This document shows, piece by piece, positions 20,037-30,187 of a stretch of 64,000 nucleotides of DNA (its first letter is position 1; each line of letters opens with the position of its first letter). The notes beneath the pieces are model-generated. The model worked only from the letters and a program-made list of their open reading frames with translations. It had not been told where the DNA came from and ran no database searches. The translations under genes and the position numbers were made by a program. The stretch comes from Candidatus Eiseniibacteriota bacterium (GTDB taxonomy: Bacteria > Eisenbacteria > RBG-16-71-46 > JABDJR01): the NCBI GenBank assembly GCA_963783375.1, contig CAWANH010000029.1, positions 1,600,001 to 1,664,000 of the forward strand. Direction: 5' to 3'.

Positions 20037-21662
20037 ATGATGCGCCCCGCTCAGCCCAAGGTGCTCCTTGTATATCCCCGCTTCGCTCCCCATTCGTTCT
20101 GGAACTACCAGGCCACCTGCGAGCTGGTGGGGGCCCGCTACTCCGCTACCCCCCTCGGCCTCATCACCGTGGCCGCTCTCCTCCCCCCCGAGTGGCCCGT
20201 CCGCCTGCTCAACCGCAACACGGAGCTGCTCACCGACGAGGACATCGCGTGGGCCGACCTCGTCATGACCGGTGGGATGCTCCCGCAGCAAAGGGATACC
20301 GAGCGCGTGATCGCGCTCGCCCAGGCCCAGGGCAAGCCCGTGGTCGTCGGCGGCCCCGACGTCACCTCGAGCCCCCACATGTACGCGGAGGCGGAGTTCA
20401 AGGTTCTCGGCGAGGCCGAAGACGTGATGGATGAGTTTCTGGCCGCCTGGCGGTCCGGGGCATCGAACGGCGTGTTCACCGCCGACGGCTTTCCCGACAT
20501 CACCCGATCTCCCGTCCCCCGTTTCGATCTCCTGAAGTTCCAGCACTACATGCACGTCGGCGTCCAGGTCTCACGAGGGTGCCCGTTCAGCTGCGAGTTC
20601 TGCAACGTGATCGAGCTGAACGGCCGGGTGCCCCGGGTGAAGGAGCCCGCCCAGGTACTCCGGGAGCTGGACGCCCTCTACGCCCTGGGCTACCGGGGCC
20701 ACGTCGATTTCGTGGACGACAACCTGATCGGGAACCGGCGGGCGGTGAAGCCCTTCCTCCGCGCCCTGGCGGGCTGGCTCGAGGAACACCGCCATCCCTT
20801 CGAGTTCTCGACCGAAACGAGCATCAACGTGTCCGATGACGAGGAGCTGCTCGGCCTCATGAAGCGCGCGAACTTCTTTGCGGTGTTCGTGGGGATCGAG
20901 ACGCCGGACGCCGATTCGCTCCAGGAGGCGGGGAAACTCCAGAACACGCGCCGGGACATCCCGGCCAGCATCCGGCGGATCTACGGGGCCGGCATGTTCG
21001 TGAACGCGGGATTCATCATCGGGTTCGACGCGGAGAAGAAGAGCATGGCCGAGGCCATGATCGCCTGCATCGAGGAAGCCGCCATCCCGGTCTGCATGGT
21101 GGGCCTGCTCTACGCCCTGCCCAACACCCGCCTCTCGCGACGGCTGGCCGGCGAGGGCCGGCTTCACGCGCTCTCCGACCGGCACAAGGCGGAGGGGGAC
21201 GCGGACCAGTGCACATCGGGGCTCAACTTCGACACCGCCCGGCCTCGGGCCGAGATGATCGAGGACTACCGGACGGTGCTCCGCCGCATCTACGAACCCC
21301 GGGCTTATTTCGCCCGCGTCGGCCGGCTCGCGCGGGCCCTGGACGTGCGGGGCCACCGCTTGCGGCAGCCGCCGAAGAGGATCCTGCGGGATCTCCGCGC
21401 CGTTCGCCGGATCGCGCTCCAGGTCGGGCTGAAGGACCGGGCGGCACGAGGCCCGTTCTGGAGAGCGGTCTTCGACTGCCTGTTTCACAACCCCAGGGCC
21501 CTTCGCGCCGTGTTCTCCCACGGCGCCCTCTACGTTCACCTTGGTCCCTACTCGGGGTTCCTCGACGCCCGCATGGCGGAGCGTCTCATTCCGGCCGGCA
21601 CGTGCGAGGAGCGCCTCGCCGCCCTCACCCCCGAATTGACCGCCGCATCCGGGAGACCGTAG
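20037..21662 (+). CDS. B12-binding radical SAM protein with DUF4070 C-terminus
   Basis: PLGLITVAA, VVVGGP, RGCPFSCEFC (CxxxCxxC), VDDN, FVGIET, GFIIGFD; GAGG before ATG 20037. Confidence 0.9.
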   Translation: MMRPAQPKVLLVYPRFAPHSFWNYQATCELVGARYSATPLGLITVAALLPPEWPVRLLNRNTELLTDEDIAWADLVMTGGMLPQQRDTERVIALAQAQGKPVVVGGPDVTSSPHMYAEAEFKVLGEAEDVMDEFLAAWRSGASNGVFTADGFPDITRSPVPRFDLLKFQHYMHVGVQVSRGCPFSCEFCNVIELNGRVPRVKEPAQVLRELDALYALGYRGHVDFVDDNLIGNRRAVKPFLRALAGWLEEHRHPFEFSTETSINVSDDEELLGLMKRANFFAVFVGIETPDADSLQEAGKLQNTRRDIPASIRRIYGAGMFVNAGFIIGFDAEKKSMAEAMIACIEEAAIPVCMVGLLYALPNTRLSRRLAGEGRLHALSDRHKAEGDADQCTSGLNFDTARPRAEMIEDYRTVLRRIYEPRAYFARVGRLARALDVRGHRLRQPPKRILRDLRAVRRIALQVGLKDRAARGPFWRAVFDCLFHNPRALRAVFSHGALYVHLGPYSGFLDARMAERLIPAGTCEERLAALTPELTAASGRP

Positions 21663-21720
21663 CCGGCCGGTGGAAGGCGGGGACCCGGTGGGCTCACCGG
21701 GATGTTCCGAGCTCCCGGCG

Positions 21721-23055
21721 CTACGGCACCAGATCCCGGGTGAGGTTCTCGCGGCCCTTGCCGGTGACCAGCACGTCGTCTTCCACCCGGATGCCGCCGA
21801 GCTTGGTCAGGGTGTCGATCAGCCTCCACGAAAACGCCTTCGCGTGCTTTCCTTCCCGCCACGGCCGGAGCAGCATGGGGATGAAGTAGAGCCCGGGCTC
21901 GATGGTGACCACGTGCCCGGTGTCGAGATCCCGCGTGGTGCGAAGGTAGGGGTGCTCGGGCGGGGCCGGGACCTCGCCCCCGGTGACCGCCGCCTGACGG
22001 CCTCCCACGTCGTGCACCTGGATGCCGAGGTGGTGACCCAGCCCATGGGGCAGGAACGGGCGAGTCATGCCCGCATCGTAGGCCTCGTCGGCGCTCACCT
22101 TGAACACCCCGGCCTCCTCGAGGATCGCCGCCACGCCGCGGTGCGCCGCGGCGTGGAGCTCCACGAAGGGTTTCCCCGGTGCGACCCGGCTCACCAGGTC
22201 GAGCTGCATACGGTCCATGCCCTTCAGGATCTCACGGAAGACGGGGTGCGCGTCCTTGGCGGCGTAGGTGCGCGTGATGTCGCTGGCGTAACCCCAGAAG
22301 GCACCGCCGGCATCGATCAGTAGAACGTGGCCCGGTTTGGGGTCCCCGGTGCGCTTGCTCTGATAGTGCAACGTGGATGCCGCCGCGTCCCAGGCGATGA
22401 TGTTGCCGTAGGGAAGCTCATGCTCCAGGAGCCCGCTCGCCGCCAGGTAGCGCGCGTGAAGCTCCCGCTCGCTTTGGCCCTTCTTCATTCCCTTCCGAAC
22501 CGCGGCGTGGCCGCGCGCGGCGATCTCCGCCGCGGCCCGGATGCAGAACACCTCATAGGGCGTCTTGTAGGCGCGCTCCCAGTCCAGCGGGGCGAGCAGG
22601 GCCGGCGGTTCCACGCCCTCCACCGGCACGCCGAGCGCAGCCGCCATCTTCGCCGAGGGTCCGACGTAGGCCATGCGGGCACAGTCACCCGCCGTCTTGA
22701 CCGCCGCCTCCGTCGAACCGACGGTCACGACGTCCAGGGTCTTCAGGAAGGGATGTTTGGGGTCCGCCGGAGCCTCGTACCAGTAGTCTTCGGGAACGAC
22801 CCGGATGAGCTTGGGTCGTCGGCCGGGGCGGAAGACCAGCAGATGATCGGGGCCGGGCACCGGAGCCCATCGCGCGAAGTGCGGGGTGGGCTTGAAGGCG
22901 ATGTCGTGATCGTCGGCATGGTAGTAGGCCGTCTCTCCGGCGTGAAAGACGATTCCGTCGAAGGGGTGTCCCGCTTCGGCGGAGAGCGCGAGGGCATTCG
23001 CGGCCGACCCGGAGATCGCGTCGAGGTGTTCGGTGTAGAGCGGCTTCCAGTTCAC
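21721..23055 (-). CDS. pepQ: Xaa-Pro dipeptidase (M24)
   Basis: LHY, LIDAG, YASDITRT, PHGLGHHLGIQVHDVG, TIEPGLY, GGIRVEDD. Confidence 0.92.
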   Translation of the reverse strand: MNWKPLYTEHLDAISGSAANALALSAEAGHPFDGIVFHAGETAYYHADDHDIAFKPTPHFARWAPVPGPDHLLVFRPGRRPKLIRVVPEDYWYEAPADPKHPFLKTLDVVTVGSTEAAVKTAGDCARMAYVGPSAKMAAALGVPVEGVEPPALLAPLDWERAYKTPYEVFCIRAAAEIAARGHAAVRKGMKKGQSERELHARYLAASGLLEHELPYGNIIAWDAAASTLHYQSKRTGDPKPGHVLLIDAGGAFWGYASDITRTYAAKDAHPVFREILKGMDRMQLDLVSRVAPGKPFVELHAAAHRGVAAILEEAGVFKVSADEAYDAGMTRPFLPHGLGHHLGIQVHDVGGRQAAVTGGEVPAPPEHPYLRTTRDLDTGHVVTIEPGLYFIPMLLRPWREGKHAKAFSWRLIDTLTKLGGIRVEDDVLVTGKGRENLTRDLVP

Positions 23056-23183
23056 GGTCCGATACCTCCGGAGCTTGAGGGAACGGCGAGGATACCACGG
23101 CGAGGCGAATGAAGGTGTCCCCGCACGCCCCCCGAGCCTTAGACTTCCGGCCTGGATCCGTTTCGACGCAGAGGAGGTGAGGC

Positions 23184-24140
23184 TTGTCCGACAAGTTTCC
23201 GGCGATCGAGCCGTACGAGAGCGGCATGCTCGACGTGGGCGACGGGCATCGCGTCTATTGGGAGTGTTGCGGCAACCCGGCCGGAAGGCCCGCGGTCTAC
23301 CTCCACGGCGGGCCCGGGGCCGGCTTCACCCCGGGGGCGCGACGGTACTTCGATCCCGCTGCATACCGTGTCGTGCTGTTCGATCAGCGCGGATCCGGGC
23401 GAAGCCGTCCCCTGGCCGATGAGCCCGGCGCGGACCTGGCCACCAACACCACTCCCCACCTCATCGCCGACATGGAGGCTCTCCGCCGCAGTCATGGAAT
23501 CGAGCGGTGGACCGTTCTGGGCGTCTCCTGGGGCACCACCCTGGGCCTGGCCTACGCCCAGAAGCACCCGGAGCGGGTCGAGGCGCTGGTGCTGGCGCTG
23601 GTGACCACCACGTCCCGCCGCGAGGTTGAATGGCTGACCCGAGACGTCGGGCGCCTCTTCCCGGAGGAATGGAACCGGTTTGCCGCCGCCGTTCCCGACG
23701 GGATGCGCCACCTGCCCCTGGTCGACGCCTACGCGGAGCTGCTGTTCGACGCCGACCCCGCGGTGCGCGACCGGGCGGCGCGGGAGTGGTGCGCCTGGGA
23801 GGACGCCCACGTCTCCCTCTCCCCCGGCCACGTCCCCTATCCGCGTTTCGAGGACCCGGAATTCCGCCTGCGGTTCGCGCGCCTGGTGACCCACTACTGG
23901 CGGCACGCCGCGTTCCTGGAGGACGACCAGCTGATTCGCGACGCGGCGGTCCTGAACGGCATACCCGGCGTGCTCATCCACGGCCGGTTCGACGTCAGCA
24001 GCCCGATCGAGACCCCCTGGCGGCTCTCCCGGCGCTGGACCACCAGCCGGCTCCAGGTCCTGGCCGACACCGGCCACGGCGGCGAGGGGAGCTTCCCGGC
24101 CGCCATCGTGGACGCCCTGAACCGGTTCGCGGCAACGTAG
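23184..24140 (+). CDS. pip: Prolyl aminopeptidase (S33)
   Basis: GNPAG, LHGGPG, FDQRGSGRS, GVSWG nucleophile, HGRFD, GH. Confidence 0.93.
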   Translation: MSDKFPAIEPYESGMLDVGDGHRVYWECCGNPAGRPAVYLHGGPGAGFTPGARRYFDPAAYRVVLFDQRGSGRSRPLADEPGADLATNTTPHLIADMEALRRSHGIERWTVLGVSWGTTLGLAYAQKHPERVEALVLALVTTTSRREVEWLTRDVGRLFPEEWNRFAAAVPDGMRHLPLVDAYAELLFDADPAVRDRAAREWCAWEDAHVSLSPGHVPYPRFEDPEFRLRFARLVTHYWRHAAFLEDDQLIRDAAVLNGIPGVLIHGRFDVSSPIETPWRLSRRWTTSRLQVLADTGHGGEGSFPAAIVDALNRFAAT

Positions 24141-24221
24141 CCGTCGGGTCCGGGCAAGCCCCCGCACCGGCCGACGGGGAAACCGGGGCGGTCCGACCCG
24201 AAGCGCGGAGGGAGTTCGGCG

Positions 24222-24806
24222 TCAGGGAGCGCCGTGGGTCGTGGTCTCGAAGTCCCTGGGATCGAACCCCTGCCGGACGAGGATGGCGAAGGCCCGGTTC
24301 AGGACCTCGGGATCGGGGGCCGGGTTCCGGGCGAGCACCCACCCGTACTTCCGGTCGGGAGACCCCACCACCGCGAACTCGTAGTTCTCCCCCAGGCCCA
24401 GAATCCAGTAGTCGCCCCAGAAGGGCCGGATACCCAGGAAGCTGAAGAAGCTCACCTTCAGACGGGAGCGGGTCTCGGGGTCCACCACCCGGGCGATCCC
24501 CCGGGCCTCGTCGATCTCTCCGTTCCCCTTGCCGCAGCGGTTGACCACGTCCAGCCGGCCGTCGTCCCGGAGCGAGTACGTGGCGGTGGTCCCGCCCACG
24601 CACTGCTTCTGGAATCGATTGGGGATCTTGGCCAGCTCGTACCAGGTGCCGGTGTACCGATCGAGATCCACCCGGGCCACGGGGACCGGCTCGCCCCGGC
24701 CAGACGCAGACGGGCTCGAACCCGCCACCGGGCTCCCGAGCCCGGCCAGGCAGAAGGTCGTCGCCACGATACACGAGACGCGCACATGGAAGGCGGGAAC
24801 TCTCAT
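24222..24806 (-). CDS. blc: Bacterial lipocalin (Blc family)
   Basis: VDLDRYTGTWYELAK, GDYWIL, YGWVLAR; ATG 24806 with GAGGTGA RBS. Confidence 0.9.
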   Translation of the reverse strand: MRVPAFHVRVSCIVATTFCLAGLGSPVAGSSPSASGRGEPVPVARVDLDRYTGTWYELAKIPNRFQKQCVGGTTATYSLRDDGRLDVVNRCGKGNGEIDEARGIARVVDPETRSRLKVSFFSFLGIRPFWGDYWILGLGENYEFAVVGSPDRKYGWVLARNPAPDPEVLNRAFAILVRQGFDPRDFETTTHGAP

Positions 24807-24936
24807 ATCGTCACCTCGATTGCCGGTTCGCGCGCCGGTCGGAAGGGAAGGCATCGGGGGACCCGGCGTCCCCCGATGTTCCCGGTGAATCCGGTAACCG
24901 GAACCGGTTTGCCGGAACGGCATGAAGCGATTACTC

Positions 24937-25662
24937 CTACGACTCCGGAGTCAGGGACACCACGGTGCTCCCGTCCCCGGGACTGTCCACGGAAACGATG
25001 GCGCCCAGGCTCCCGTTCCCCACGAACCCGGTGGCGAAGACCGAGTAGTTGATGCCGCCGTCCAGGCCCACGCCGGGGAAGCTCAGCACCACGGTGTCGG
25101 TGCCGGCCAGGCGGACCTGGAGATCATACGACCCCGCGGGGACCTCCAGATACTGGCCGGCCTTGGAGAAGGCAACGTTTCCGAAGAGTACCGTGCCGTC
25201 GGCCAGGGTGATGTCCACGGAGGGCGCGTCGGGCGAGGTGTGGACGAAGCGGACCTGGGCCTTCCCGGCCATGGTCGAGAGATCGTCCACGAGGACGACG
25301 GGAGCGATGGCGGCGAGCCGGCCGGTCGCCGCCACGGTGTAGGCGGTCCCCGCGGCGAGGGTGACTTCGGCATCGATCACCACCGGCTGGGTGGCGCCGG
25401 CCGGGGTCACCTGGACGCGATAATCGCCGGCGGGAAGATCGAGATAGTTGCCGAACAGGCCGTAGGGAACGCCGCTCAGCACCACCGAGCCGTTCACCCA
25501 AACGTCCACCGCGGGGGCGTCGGGGGAGAGGTGGGCCACGCGCAGGGAGGCGGTCGCCACCGGGGCCATGACGTTGTCGTCGTCGCTGGAACACCCCGCC
25601 GCGCCCAGGGCCACCGCGAGAATCATGCTCAATCTGGTCATCATCAGGAACGTGCGACTCAT
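24937..25662 (-). CDS. DUF4397 domain lipoprotein
   Basis: Lipobox GAAGC; two repeats LRVAHLSPDAPAVDV and VRFVHTSPDAPSVDI. Confidence 0.88.
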   Translation of the reverse strand: MSRTFLMMTRLSMILAVALGAAGCSSDDDNVMAPVATASLRVAHLSPDAPAVDVWVNGSVVLSGVPYGLFGNYLDLPAGDYRVQVTPAGATQPVVIDAEVTLAAGTAYTVAATGRLAAIAPVVLVDDLSTMAGKAQVRFVHTSPDAPSVDITLADGTVLFGNVAFSKAGQYLEVPAGSYDLQVRLAGTDTVVLSFPGVGLDGGINYSVFATGFVGNGSLGAIVSVDSPGDGSTVVSLTPES

Positions 25663-25731
25663 TGTTTTCTCCTCATCGAGTTGCTTGGGGTAGAGATAAG
25701 GGGGCCGGCCCCCCACTCGGATCCGCACGGC

Positions 25732-25950
25732 TCAGGCCGCGGGGGCCGTCCGCCAGCGCCGCTGAATGAACTTCCAGGTCGAGGCCTGGTACAGGGCGCC
25801 GAGGCCGACCAGCACGTAGACCAGCCGGCTCACCGCCGTGGCGTCGCCGAACAGCGTGGTCACGAGGTTGAAGTCGAACAGGCCGACCAGGCCCCAGTTG
25901 AGGCCGCCCACGACCAGCAGAACGGCGAAGAGGACATCCATGGACTTCAT
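25732..25950 (-). CDS. DUF378 small membrane protein
   Basis: LLVVGGLNWGLVGLFDFNLV...VYVLVGLGALY. Confidence 0.9.
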   Translation of the reverse strand: MKSMDVLFAVLLVVGGLNWGLVGLFDFNLVTTLFGDATAVSRLVYVLVGLGALYQASTWKFIQRRWRTAPAA

Positions 25951-25974
25951 GACTTGATTTCCTTTCCGGGAAAG

Positions 25975-26075
25975 ATGAACAAGGTTTGTTCGCTTTGTGT
26001 TTGGTCATTGTACAGTACAAATCATCCGAGTCAAGCTTTTTGTTCAAGATTTGTTCGGGTACTTGACCAAACATG
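25975..26075 (-). promoter_or_regulatory. Sigma70 promoter and candidate CarH/LitR operator
   Basis: Minus strand TTGACT (26034-26029), 16 nt, TACAAT (26012-26007). TTGTTC on the plus strand at 25986, 26040 and 26051, plus TTGTAC at 26008, giving roughly 11-bp phasing. Confidence 0.7.
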
Positions 26076-26124
26076 TGGTAAAGTTCGGTCAGGGGAGCCG
26101 ATCAACATCGAGGTGAGTCCATAG

Positions 26125-27087
26125 ATGGCTAAAACGAAAGAAGTTAACGGCGACGAGCCCCGCCACCCCATCCAGGTGGTAGCCCGGCGGACCGGCATAT
26201 CCGCGGACCTCATCCGGATGTGGGAAAAGCGCTACCGGGTGGTCCGGCCCGGCCGGACCTCCGGGGGACGACGCGCCTACACCGATGCGGACGTGGAGAA
26301 GCTCCGTCTTCTCCGCGAGGCCACCCTGGGCGGGCGGCGGATCAGCGACGTGGCCGGCCTCTCCACCCCGGAACTCAGAGCAATGATCCTCGAGGACGTG
26401 ACCACAACCGCCGTCCGTCCTCCGTCCCCCGCCGGGCCCGGTTCCCTGGAGCCGGCGGCGCTCATCCAGGACTGCCTCACCGCGGTTCGCTCCATGGATG
26501 CCGAGCGCCTGCAGGTCCTGGTGATGCGCACCTTGAGCTCGTTCTCGCTCGACGCGCTGGTGGAGGATCTCCTCGCCCCTCTCTTTCGCCGCATCGGGGA
26601 GGAGTGGGAGGCGGGCAGGCTCGAGGTCTTCCAGGAGCACCTCGCCACCTCGGTCACCCGGACGGTGCTCATGCACATCCTTTCGACGCAACGATCGGGG
26701 GGCCACGCCATCGTTCTCTCCACCCCCAGCGGGCAATCCCACGAGATCGGGCTGATGTTCGCGGCCATGGTCGCCGCCAGTGCGGGCTGGCGCGTGGTCT
26801 ACCTGGGGCCGGACCTCCCGGCGGAGGAGATCGCCAAGGCCGCCCGTCTTGGGAGGGCGCGGGTGGTGGCGATCAGCCTGGTCGCTTCCGACGAATCCCC
26901 GGAACTCGAGACCGAGCTTCTCCGCCTGGGAGATCTCCTGCCCGCGGAGTCGATCCTCGTGGTGGGGGGAGCGGGCCGGGAAGCCCAACGGGAGGCGCTG
27001 ACCAGGATCGGGGCGGTCACCGTGTCCGACGTCCGCGAGTTCCGAGAGGTCCTCGACCGGACGGCGGCCCAGACGAACCGTTCCTGA
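26125..27087 (+). CDS. MerR-family regulator with B12-binding domains (CarH/LitR-like)
   Basis: MerR HTH (IQVVARRTGISADLIRMWEKRY...RTSGGRRAY), W-x9-EH motif (WEAGRLEVFQEH), QSHEIG and YLGPDLP cobalamin-binding fold. Confidence 0.9.
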   Translation: MAKTKEVNGDEPRHPIQVVARRTGISADLIRMWEKRYRVVRPGRTSGGRRAYTDADVEKLRLLREATLGGRRISDVAGLSTPELRAMILEDVTTTAVRPPSPAGPGSLEPAALIQDCLTAVRSMDAERLQVLVMRTLSSFSLDALVEDLLAPLFRRIGEEWEAGRLEVFQEHLATSVTRTVLMHILSTQRSGGHAIVLSTPSGQSHEIGLMFAAMVAASAGWRVVYLGPDLPAEEIAKAARLGRARVVAISLVASDESPELETELLRLGDLLPAESILVVGGAGREAQREALTRIGAVTVSDVREFREVLDRTAAQTNRS

Positions 27088-27150
27088 ATCCTCGCGCATC
27101 TGCACCACCCCATCGGGGGCCAGAAACGTGGCCGGCGGAGGATCCCGGAG

Positions 27151-27711
27151 TCAGGCGAATTCGTGGAGAGGACGCGCTATTCCCGCCGGAACCACCGCCC
27201 CGGTTTCATCCCGGAGTTCCAGATCGACGTTGTTCTCACGGTCGCCGCGGAGCAGGTAGGACGAATAGGTTCCGGACTCGGGACCCCGGGGGGACGACGC
27301 GCTGTGATACGGAGCGAGCCGGGTCCGGCCGTACTCCTAGACCGGAACGCCGTCGACGCAGAGGATCTCCGGACCGGGCCGGAGCCCCTGCACCCCGAGC
27401 GCGTCGTCCAGGATGCGCATCACGTAGACCCGGCCATCAATCCGGCGGGTGTCGACCACCGGGCGAGAATACATCCGGCGAAAGACCTCGTTCGGGACGT
27501 TGACGATGGTGTGTCCGTCCTCCAGCTTCGCCCACACGTTCATCAGCACCCGGTAGTAGTCCGCGGTTGACCGGGTGGCCCGCACTTCCGGCAGGGCATC
27601 GAAGCACACCCGGTCCCAATCCAGACGCGGCACCCGGTCGAAATGGACGAAGCCGTACTTCCCCTCGGCCCAGACCCGCGCGAGCCCCGCGGTCTCCTCG
27701 CGGTCCGTCAC
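27151..27711 (-). pseudogene. Truncated S41-family peptidase remnant (N-terminal helical + PDZ part)
   Basis: GLARVWAEGKYGFVHFD...LDWD...LEDGHT; in-frame TAG at 27337-27339 after which similarity continues (EYGRTRLAPYHSASSP...YLLRG); no signal peptide or catalytic domain. Confidence 0.7.
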
Positions 27712-27714
27712 GGA

Positions 27715-30099
27715 TCAACGTATGACGGTGACCCGTCCCCGGCCGATGCGCTCCGTGGTTCCGATCCGGATGTAGTAGGTGCCCGCCGCCACCGGCCGAC
27801 CGCTCCCGTCCCGGCCGTCCCACTGCAGGCGGTGCGGCCCCGCGGCCAGGCTCCCCAGGCTCCGGCGAAACACGGTGCGTCCCTGGACGTCAAGGATCCG
27901 GAGGTCCACCTTGCCCGGCGCCTCCAGGTCGAACGCGATCGTGCTTGCGGCGCGGAAGGGGTTGGGGAAAGCCCGGACGCGAGCGGGGGAGGGTGGGATT
28001 CCGGAACCGGGCCCCACCGCGGTCTGGCTCATGGCCCAGCTCGAGAGGCCCTCGGCCGCGGCCCCGCCGGCGTGATGGAAGTCGCCGCCCGCAAAGAGCG
28101 ATCCGCCGTGGGTCCCCAGCGCCCAGCCGTCATCGTCGAGCCCGCTCCCCATCGGTTGCCAGCTCGTTCCGTCCCACCGGGCGATGTGTTCGAGCGGCCC
28201 GGACCCACCGGCGGTGAACTCGCCGGTGATGAAGAGCTCGCCGTTGTAGGCCGCCATGGCGAACACGCGCGCGTTGACCCCGTCGCCGACCGCCGCCCAG
28301 CTCGATCCGTCCCAGACGGCCACCCGATTGGCCGGGCTTCCGGCCACCGAGGTGAAGGTTCCCGCGATGTAGAGCTTGCCGTTCAGGACGACCAGGCCGT
28401 ACACGGTGCCGTTCAGCGCGCTTCCGCCGATCTCGCTCCACGCGGAGCCGTCCCACGCCGCCAGGCCGGTTACCGACGTCCCGCCGATCGAGACGAAGTT
28501 CCCGCCGACCACCACCTTGCCGTCGTACCCGGCCAGGGCGGTGAGGAAGCTGTTGGAGTTGCCGCCGACCTTCTGCCAGGCAGAGCCGTCCCACCGCGCC
28601 ACCGCGTACCCGGCGTCGTAGATGCCGGCGTAGAGGCCTCCGCCGATCACCGCCATCGTGTGCACGATGCCCCCGGAGGGGAGGGCCATGGCGCTCCAGG
28701 CCGACCCGTCCCACCGCGCCACCTGGTAGGCCGGTGATCCCCCGGCGGCGGTGAAGTTGCCGCCGACGATCAGGTCGCCCTGGTAGTCCGCCATCGCCTC
28801 CACCGATCCGATGTAGCTCCCGGTGATCCCGGAGCCGAGCGCGTTCCACTGGGTTCCGTCCCAGGAGGCGAGGAGGCTCCCCGACACGTCTCCGAACCGG
28901 GTGCGCGTGCCTCCCACCACGAGTTGGCCGTCGTACTCCTGGAAGGCCCGGATCCCGGCGCTGGCGCCGTCTCCCTCGGCCAGGGGGGTCCAGGTCGAGC
29001 CGTCGTAGCCGATGAGGTTGGCGGCGTTCACGTAGTTCATGGAGTTGAAGATGCCGCCGACGACCAGGTTCCCGCCCCAGGTGCAGTAGGTGAACGCGGC
29101 GCCTCCCCAGATGGTCCCCGCCCAGTACGACCCGTTCCAGACTTGGGTGATGTAGGAGCCGTCGGAGACCAGCAGCTCGCCGGCGTAGTCCCCGATCGCG
29201 TACGCGCCGCCCGAGAAGTCCGCGCCGGTTCCAATCGTGCCCCAGGAGCCGTCGTAGGCGGCGAAGTTGACCAGTGTTTGGCCTCCGGCCTGGGCGAACT
29301 CTCCGGTGACGATGAGCTTGTTGTCGTACACGTGAAGATGTTCGCCGTATGCGTTGAAGGCGTCGCCGGTCTCGTCGGTCAGGCCGCCGATGCTGCTCCA
29401 GGCGGTGCCGTTCCAGCGGGCAATGTTCGAGGCGCCGATGTAACCGGCCACGTCGAACTCCCCGGTGACGTAGAGGTCCCCGCCGTAGGACGCCACGGCC
29501 GAGCCGTATCCGCTGTCGATCCCGCCCTGAAAGGTGTCCCAGGAGGACCCGTCCCAACCGGCCACGCTCCCGGCCGGGGTTCCTCCGCCGACCTCGCTGA
29601 AGTACCCCACCACGACCAGCTCACCGTCGTAGACCGCCATGTCGTTCACGCCGTAGTCGGCGCCGCCCCCCACTGCCACCCAGTCCGACCCCGTCCAGCG
29701 GGCGAGCCCGGCCAGCGGGGTCCCGTCGGGATGGTCGAAGTAACCGCCGGCGTAGAGCTCGCCGTTGTAGATGCACAACGTGTAAACCTCGCCGTCGAGG
29801 CCCTCGCCCAGGGGGGTCCAGGCGCTCCCGTCGTAGACGGCCACGCCGGCGGCGGCCACGCTGCCCACGAACCGGAACTCCCCGCCGATCACGAGCTGGC
29901 CGTTGTAGACCACCGAGGCGTCGACCGCGCCGTCGGTCCCCGGAACGCTCCAATGCGACTCCCAGAACTCATCGCCTGGCGCCGCCGACGCGGGGGCGGC
30001 GAGGCAGGCGAGCAGGACGAGCAGGATGAGCCCCCACCACCCCCGGGTCCGGGGCGGCATACGATAGGGGGGGCAGGCGGGTGATGACTTGGGATGCAT
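27715..30099 (-). CDS. Large secreted beta-propeller repeat protein with FlgD-Ig/T9SS-like C-terminus
   Basis: Signal peptide; many L(Y/V)xGGxF...ARWDGSxW repeats; tail AFPNPF...ILDVQGR...WDGRDGSGRPVAAGTYY. Confidence 0.88.
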   Translation of the reverse strand: MHPKSSPACPPYRMPPRTRGWWGLILLVLLACLAAPASAAPGDEFWESHWSVPGTDGAVDASVVYNGQLVIGGEFRFVGSVAAAGVAVYDGSAWTPLGEGLDGEVYTLCIYNGELYAGGYFDHPDGTPLAGLARWTGSDWVAVGGGADYGVNDMAVYDGELVVVGYFSEVGGGTPAGSVAGWDGSSWDTFQGGIDSGYGSAVASYGGDLYVTGEFDVAGYIGASNIARWNGTAWSSIGGLTDETGDAFNAYGEHLHVYDNKLIVTGEFAQAGGQTLVNFAAYDGSWGTIGTGADFSGGAYAIGDYAGELLVSDGSYITQVWNGSYWAGTIWGGAAFTYCTWGGNLVVGGIFNSMNYVNAANLIGYDGSTWTPLAEGDGASAGIRAFQEYDGQLVVGGTRTRFGDVSGSLLASWDGTQWNALGSGITGSYIGSVEAMADYQGDLIVGGNFTAAGGSPAYQVARWDGSAWSAMALPSGGIVHTMAVIGGGLYAGIYDAGYAVARWDGSAWQKVGGNSNSFLTALAGYDGKVVVGGNFVSIGGTSVTGLAAWDGSAWSEIGGSALNGTVYGLVVLNGKLYIAGTFTSVAGSPANRVAVWDGSSWAAVGDGVNARVFAMAAYNGELFITGEFTAGGSGPLEHIARWDGTSWQPMGSGLDDDGWALGTHGGSLFAGGDFHHAGGAAAEGLSSWAMSQTAVGPGSGIPPSPARVRAFPNPFRAASTIAFDLEAPGKVDLRILDVQGRTVFRRSLGSLAAGPHRLQWDGRDGSGRPVAAGTYYIRIGTTERIGRGRVTVIR

Positions 30100-30187
30100 G
30101 GTATTCTCCTCTCACGCCGTATGCTCCGCGGAAGGCGCGGCCTTCCACCTCATAGACCGCAATCCCGAGCCGAAAGGGCTCACGCTC

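Noticed and set aside
27337-27339. TAG readthrough (pyrrolysine or recoding) in the S41 fragment
   Set aside because: The gene also lacks its N-terminus and catalytic domain, and TAG is a normal stop for many genes here; simple decay is more likely.
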